In this document: positions 59,657 through 64,000 of the stretch, one piece after another | Layout: each line of letters starts with the position of its first letter | Position numbering within the stretch: position 1 is the stretch's first letter | NCBI GenBank assembly: GCA_049515535.1 | Contig: JBEKTZ010000005.1 | Span: forward strand, 62,001-126,000 | Direction: 5' to 3' | Length of the DNA stretch: 64,000 bases | From: Candidatus Aminicenantales bacterium | GTDB lineage: Bacteria > Acidobacteriota > Aminicenantia > Aminicenantales > UBA4085 | Notes under the pieces: model-generated | Seen by the model: only the letters and a program-made list of their open reading frames with translations | Databases searched by the model: none | Told to the model about the DNA's origin: nothing | Program-made: the position numbers and the translations under genes

Positions 59657-61012
59657 TTAAAAGACCAGGTCAATAGCTTGTTTGATGTTCCTGGCCCCCA
59701 GCAACCGGGTCCCCGGAAGGGTCTCTTTTTCGAGAAGAGCGACATTGCCTTGGGGCAGGACGAGGGTCCCGAAGCCGAGCGCCGCCGCTTCCTTGACCCG
59801 GGCCAGCGCCTGTCCGACGGAGCGGATTTCGCCGCTCAACCCGACTTCGCCGAACGTCGCGAGGCCGGCCGGAACCGGCCGGTTCTTGAGGCATGAAACG
59901 ACGCCGAGCACAACGCCCAGGTCGGCGGCCGGTTCGTCGATCTCGATCCCTCCCGCCACATTGAAGTAAATGTCATCGCCGCCGAAACTATAACCCAGCT
60001 TTTTCTCGATCACGGCCAGCAGCATGCTCGTCCGGAAATGGTCCAGGCCGACCGTCATCCGGCGCGGGTTGGAGGCGAACAGCGTCGATGAGACGAGAGA
60101 CTGGACCTCGATGAGAAGCGGCCGCGTTCCCTTGATCGTCGCCACGACGACGCTCCCGGCCGCATCGGCCGGCCGCTCTTTGAGGAAGAAGGCCGAAGGG
60201 TTGGAGATCGCTTGCAATCCGCTCGCCGCCATCTCGAAGATGGCCAGCTCCGAGACCGGGCCGAACCTGTTCTTGAGCGCGCGAAGAACGCGGTGGCTGT
60301 GATCGCGCTCGCCCTCGAACAACAAAACGACGTCCACCATGTGCTCGAGCGACTTGGGGCCGGCGAGCGAGCCCTCCTTGGTGATGTGGCCGATGAGAAA
60401 CGAGGACACCTGATTCCGCTTGGCGAAACGGAAGACCTGGTTGGCGACTTCGCGGACCTGGCTGATCGTGCCCGGACTCGAGGAGAGCTTGGCCGAAAAA
60501 ATGGTCTGAACCGAATCGATGACGAGAATCTTCGGCCTGATCTTCTCGGCCTGGGCCAGGATCCGCTCGAGATTGGTCTCCGCGAGGAGATAGAGCTGCC
60601 CGCCCCGGACGCCGAGCCGGTCGCCGCGCAGCTTGATCTGCTCGAGCGATTCTTCGCCGGAGACGTACAGGACCTTTTCGTCCTCGTCGGCAAAATCCCG
60701 CGAGACCTGAAGGAGGAGCGTCGACTTGCCGATGCCGGGCTCGCCGCCGATCAGCACCAGCGAGCCGAGGACGACGCCGCCGCCGAGGACCTTGTTGAAT
60801 TCCTCGATCTTGACCTTGGCCCTCTGGTTTTTGATGTCCCGGATGTCCTGGTAGAGGGTCGGTTCTGCGGGAGGAAAAGAATATTCGGCGACGGAGTCCT
60901 CCTCGATCTCCTCGACGAGCGTATTCCACTCGCCGCACTGGGGGCAGCGGCCCAGCCATTTGGGCGAATGGGCGCCACAGTTCTGGCAGATGAAAACGGT
61001 CTTGCTCTTCAT
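59657..61012 (-). CDS. radA: DNA repair protein RadA/Sms
   Basis: CxxC..CxxC zinc finger, GEPGIGKSTL, KNRFG, GEVGLSGEIR. Confidence 0.98.
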   Translation of the reverse strand: MKSKTVFICQNCGAHSPKWLGRCPQCGEWNTLVEEIEEDSVAEYSFPPAEPTLYQDIRDIKNQRAKVKIEEFNKVLGGGVVLGSLVLIGGEPGIGKSTLLLQVSRDFADEDEKVLYVSGEESLEQIKLRGDRLGVRGGQLYLLAETNLERILAQAEKIRPKILVIDSVQTIFSAKLSSSPGTISQVREVANQVFRFAKRNQVSSFLIGHITKEGSLAGPKSLEHMVDVVLLFEGERDHSHRVLRALKNRFGPVSELAIFEMAASGLQAISNPSAFFLKERPADAAGSVVVATIKGTRPLLIEVQSLVSSTLFASNPRRMTVGLDHFRTSMLLAVIEKKLGYSFGGDDIYFNVAGGIEIDEPAADLGVVLGVVSCLKNRPVPAGLATFGEVGLSGEIRSVGQALARVKEAAALGFGTLVLPQGNVALLEKETLPGTRLLGARNIKQAIDLVF

Positions 61013-62316
61013 CGGAGCTCCAGTCCCAGGCCGATGAAGAATTCACGTTTGGAGGCGAGCGTGAAATCGTCGACGCCGGCGACCACATGGACGTTTTTCA
61101 GCGCAAAGAGCTTGGAGAGCAGACGAAACCGGGGCTGTGATGCGCGGTTGAAATCAAAGCCCTCGACGCTCAGGACCAGCCGGTCATCGAGCGCGTAATA
61201 ATCGAGGCCGACTCCGAACTCGGATTCGAGAAGCCCGACCCGCGGAGCGAGCGGGCCGAAGCGGCGGCCGCCCTGGAGCGTGTAGACGAATTCATCCTTC
61301 CAGGGATCGCGGACGGCCTGAGCCCAGAGGAACTTGTCCGGCGTGAACCACAGGCCGAGCGAGAACGCCGGCCGGACGAGACGGCTGCGGCCGTAATAAT
61401 CCGCCCGGAACTCCGCCGTCGCTTTCAGCCCGACCAACGGGTGCACGGCCTTGCGGACGTCGTCGAGAGTGCTCTCGGCTTTCGTATAGAGATCCGGGTC
61501 CTGGATGGCTTTCCCGACGCTTCCCTCGCCGCGGTTGATCTTTTCGAGCGAAGTATTCAAAAGCTTGAGCGATTCTTCGATCTTGCCGATGAGCTCCTTG
61601 ATCCTCTCCAGATCGAGCTTGACGTTCTCCCGGTTTTCCGCGACCATGTCTTTCAATACTCGGAGCGTATCTTTGAGCCCCGCCGCCACGTCCTCGACTT
61701 TCGCGTCCAAATTCCGGAAGCTCTGTCCGGCCTCCCGGACCGTCTTCCCGATGTCTCCCTGGTTCCGGCCGATGAAGTCCTTGAGATCGGAGGAGAGAGC
61801 GGCCAGATTCCCGAGGGCCTGGTTCAGGTTCGCTTTCGTTTCCGGGCCGAGGATCTCCTTGATCGCGCCCCCGGCGTCCTTGATCTGGTTGCCCGCGGAT
61901 TGAAGGAGAATTCCGATCTGGTCGAAGCCCACCGCGGCGAGTCCGGCCAGTTCGTCGCCTTGCCGGCAATTGTCCGCGGATTCGCCGGGAACGATTTCCA
62001 GGAATCTTTCTCCCAGGATCCCCAAGGCCGAGGACGTCGCCTTGGAGTCCTTGGGAATCTCGACGCCCGGATAGATCGCCATCAGGATCTTAGCCTTCCG
62101 ATGGCTGAGCGTGATGTCCTTGATGAAGCCGATCTTGACGCCGGACATCCTGACTTCCGCCTTCTTTTCCAGCCCCGCGGCCGAGTCAAAATTGGCCGTG
62201 ACCGTGTAACCCGCTTTCTTAAACAGAACGGACAAGTCCCCGACGATGAAGGTGAACACCGCCAGGATGAGAATGGCCGCCCCGATAAAAATCCCGATGC
62301 GAAGCTCGCGACTCAT
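61009..62316 (-). CDS. mlaD: MCE/MlaD family protein with helical and C-terminal beta extensions
   Basis: ELRIGIF, FDSAAGL..VRMSGVKIG, GILGERFLEI. Confidence 0.88.
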   Translation of the reverse strand: MSRELRIGIFIGAAILILAVFTFIVGDLSVLFKKAGYTVTANFDSAAGLEKKAEVRMSGVKIGFIKDITLSHRKAKILMAIYPGVEIPKDSKATSSALGILGERFLEIVPGESADNCRQGDELAGLAAVGFDQIGILLQSAGNQIKDAGGAIKEILGPETKANLNQALGNLAALSSDLKDFIGRNQGDIGKTVREAGQSFRNLDAKVEDVAAGLKDTLRVLKDMVAENRENVKLDLERIKELIGKIEESLKLLNTSLEKINRGEGSVGKAIQDPDLYTKAESTLDDVRKAVHPLVGLKATAEFRADYYGRSRLVRPAFSLGLWFTPDKFLWAQAVRDPWKDEFVYTLQGGRRFGPLAPRVGLLESEFGVGLDYYALDDRLVLSVEGFDFNRASQPRFRLLSKLFALKNVHVVAGVDDFTLASKREFFIGLGLELR

Positions 62317-62335
62317 GGTTCCGTCCTTTTCCCCC

Positions 62336-63082
62336 TCACCAATTCGTGATCGGGCCTTCGGCCCGTCCATGGATGAATTGCTGGACGATGGGGTTCGCCG
62401 AATTCATGATCTCGTCCGACGTCCCGGCGGCGATGATGTGGCCTTCATAAAGCATGGCGATTCTGTCCGCGACCTTGCGGGCGCTGACCATGTCGTGCGT
62501 GATCACCACCGACGTCACGTTCATTTCCTTCCTCAAGAGCACGATCAGCTCGTTGATCGCATCTGCCCGGATGGGATCGATGCCCGTGGAGGGCTCGTCA
62601 TAAAGGATGATCTCCGGCCGATAGGCGATCGCCCGAGCCAACCCCACCCGTTTCTTCATGCCGCCGCTGAGCTCGTGCGGCATCAGGCGTTCTATCCCGT
62701 GCAGCCCGACCTTGTCCAGGCACTCCGCCACCCGTCGGGCAACGGCTTCCGGCGCCAGATCGGAGCACCGCTCCAGGCCGAACGCCACGTTTTGGGCCAC
62801 GGTCATCGAGTCGAAAAGCGCCGCGGCCTGAAAAAGCATCCCGAACTTGCGGGTCACCCGCTGTCGCTCCTCGCCCCCCAGGGCCGTGACGTTCAATCCG
62901 TCGATATGGATTTCGCCGCCATCCGGTTTCAGAATGCCGATGAGGAGCTTGAGGAGAACGCTTTTGCCGGACCCGCTCTGCCCGATGACGACCATCGTCT
63001 CGCCCGTCCGGATTTCGAGATCCACGCCGTTCAGGACCTTCTTCGGACCGAACGACTTGACGAGATCGACGATGCGTATCAT
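62336..63082 (-). CDS. mlaF: MlaF/Mkl family ABC ATP-binding protein
   Basis: GQSGSGKS, LFDSMTV, LSGGMKKRVGLARA, YDEP. Confidence 0.93.
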   Translation of the reverse strand: MIRIVDLVKSFGPKKVLNGVDLEIRTGETMVVIGQSGSGKSVLLKLLIGILKPDGGEIHIDGLNVTALGGEERQRVTRKFGMLFQAAALFDSMTVAQNVAFGLERCSDLAPEAVARRVAECLDKVGLHGIERLMPHELSGGMKKRVGLARAIAYRPEIILYDEPSTGIDPIRADAINELIVLLRKEMNVTSVVITHDMVSARKVADRIAMLYEGHIIAAGTSDEIMNSANPIVQQFIHGRAEGPITNW

Positions 63083-63086
63083 CGGT

Positions 63087-63863
63087 TTATCCGGGCAGGA
63101 ATTTGCTCAGGAAAAAATTGACGATGAGGATGCAGATGCTGGCGATCACGACCGTCCGGGTCGTGGCCCGGCCCACGCCTTCGGCGCCGCCTTCGGTCTT
63201 GAGCCCCTGCCAGCAGCCGATGACGGCGATGATGACGCCGAAGACGGCGGCTTTGAGCAGGCCGGTCATGACGTCCCAAAACTGAAGATACTGGAGGGTG
63301 TTCCGGAGATAGACTCTCCCGTTCACGCCCATGATCGTCACGTTGTAGAGCATGCCGCAAACGATGCCGATGATGTCGCCGAACAGGGTCAGGCAGGGGA
63401 GCATCAAAAAAGCGGCGGCCATCCGGGGCACGACCAGATACCGGTTGGGGTCGACGCCGAGCGTGAAGAGCGCGTCCACCTGCTCGGAGATCCTCATCGT
63501 CCCGATCTCCGCGGCCATCGACGAGCCGACCCGGCCCGCGACCATGAGGCCGACGAGGATCGGGATGAGTTCCTTCGTCAGTCCCAGCGATATGATCGGG
63601 CCGCCATAGGCTTCCGAGCCCTGGCCGATGTAGCGGTGAAAGCCGATATAGGTCTGCAGGCCGAAGACCAGGCCGCCGAACGCCGCGGTGAGGGAGACGA
63701 CGGGCAGCGTGCGTGCGCCGATCTCATCGAGCTGTTGCAAAAAAATTTTTTTCTCCCACGGCTTCCGGAAAAGGTTCTTGAACGTCGCGGCGAACAGAAT
63801 CCCCACTTCGCCGAGCTGCCGGACGAATTCGACGAAAAGAGAAATCCTACGGTTCCGGGCCAT
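63087..63863 (-). CDS. mlaE: MlaE family ABC permease
   Basis: AGRVGSSMAAEIGTM..EQVDAL, GGAEGVGRATT. Confidence 0.95.
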   Translation of the reverse strand: MARNRRISLFVEFVRQLGEVGILFAATFKNLFRKPWEKKIFLQQLDEIGARTLPVVSLTAAFGGLVFGLQTYIGFHRYIGQGSEAYGGPIISLGLTKELIPILVGLMVAGRVGSSMAAEIGTMRISEQVDALFTLGVDPNRYLVVPRMAAAFLMLPCLTLFGDIIGIVCGMLYNVTIMGVNGRVYLRNTLQYLQFWDVMTGLLKAAVFGVIIAVIGCWQGLKTEGGAEGVGRATTRTVVIASICILIVNFFLSKFLPG

Positions 63864-63865
63864 CC

Positions 63866-64000
63866 TCACGCCTCGGCTTCAGCATAGGTCTGTTCCAAGT
63901 CCGCGAATCGGGCGTATTTATCTTGAAAAGCCAGCTTGACCATGTCCGTCGGTCCGTTCCTCTGCTTGGCGATATTGACCTCGGCGACGCCCCGCACGCG
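63866..64000 (-). CDS. dnaB: Replicative DNA helicase, C-terminal 44 aa (truncated by the window edge)
   Basis: Hand translation RVRGVAEVNIAKQRNGPTDMVKLAFQDKYARFADLE...; the AKQRNGP motif is typical of DnaB. Confidence 0.88.
   Translation of the reverse strand, partial: RVRGVAEVNIAKQRNGPTDMVKLAFQDKYARFADLEQTYAEAEA

Overview
A GC-rich diderm bacterial chromosome segment. The gene style suggests Acidobacteriota or Ca. Aminicenantes; this is inference only. From left to right it holds: an NHL/PEGA surface protein; a one-carbon/folate-like cluster (fhs, radC, UroD/MtaA-family protein, ThyA-like enzyme, YhhN); a transglutaminase-like protein; and a tricorn-like S41 protease interrupted by one in-frame TAG. 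Next is a ~15.5 kb minus-strand run of origin-type genes: rpmH-rnpA-yidD-yidC-jag-mnmE-mnmG-[parS]-parA-parB-bactofilin-kdsB-pyrG-kdsA-kdsD-kdsC-PMM-manC, with no dnaA or rsmG. Then come carD-CNNM-smpB, pdxA, an Hfq-like gene, and three adjacent efflux systems (CzcCBA-like, AcrAB-TolC-like, and MacAB-TolC-like under an ECF sigma/anti-sigma pair). The right end carries xdhC-mocA, an M14 peptidase, and dnaB(3' end)-mlaEFD-radA-PIN/TRAM-ispD-ispF. I saw no rRNA, tRNA, CRISPR array or transposase. The most notable non-gene signals are: a duplicated 108-nt multi-hairpin element upstream of fhs; a ~140-nt rod-shaped (6S-like) element where dnaA usually lies; a perfect parS 7 nt upstream of the parA start codon; an identical bipartite ECF-type promoter motif in front of two adjacent units; a His-rich leader ORF ending in IFHPP before the metal-efflux operon; and the amber codon in the protease.
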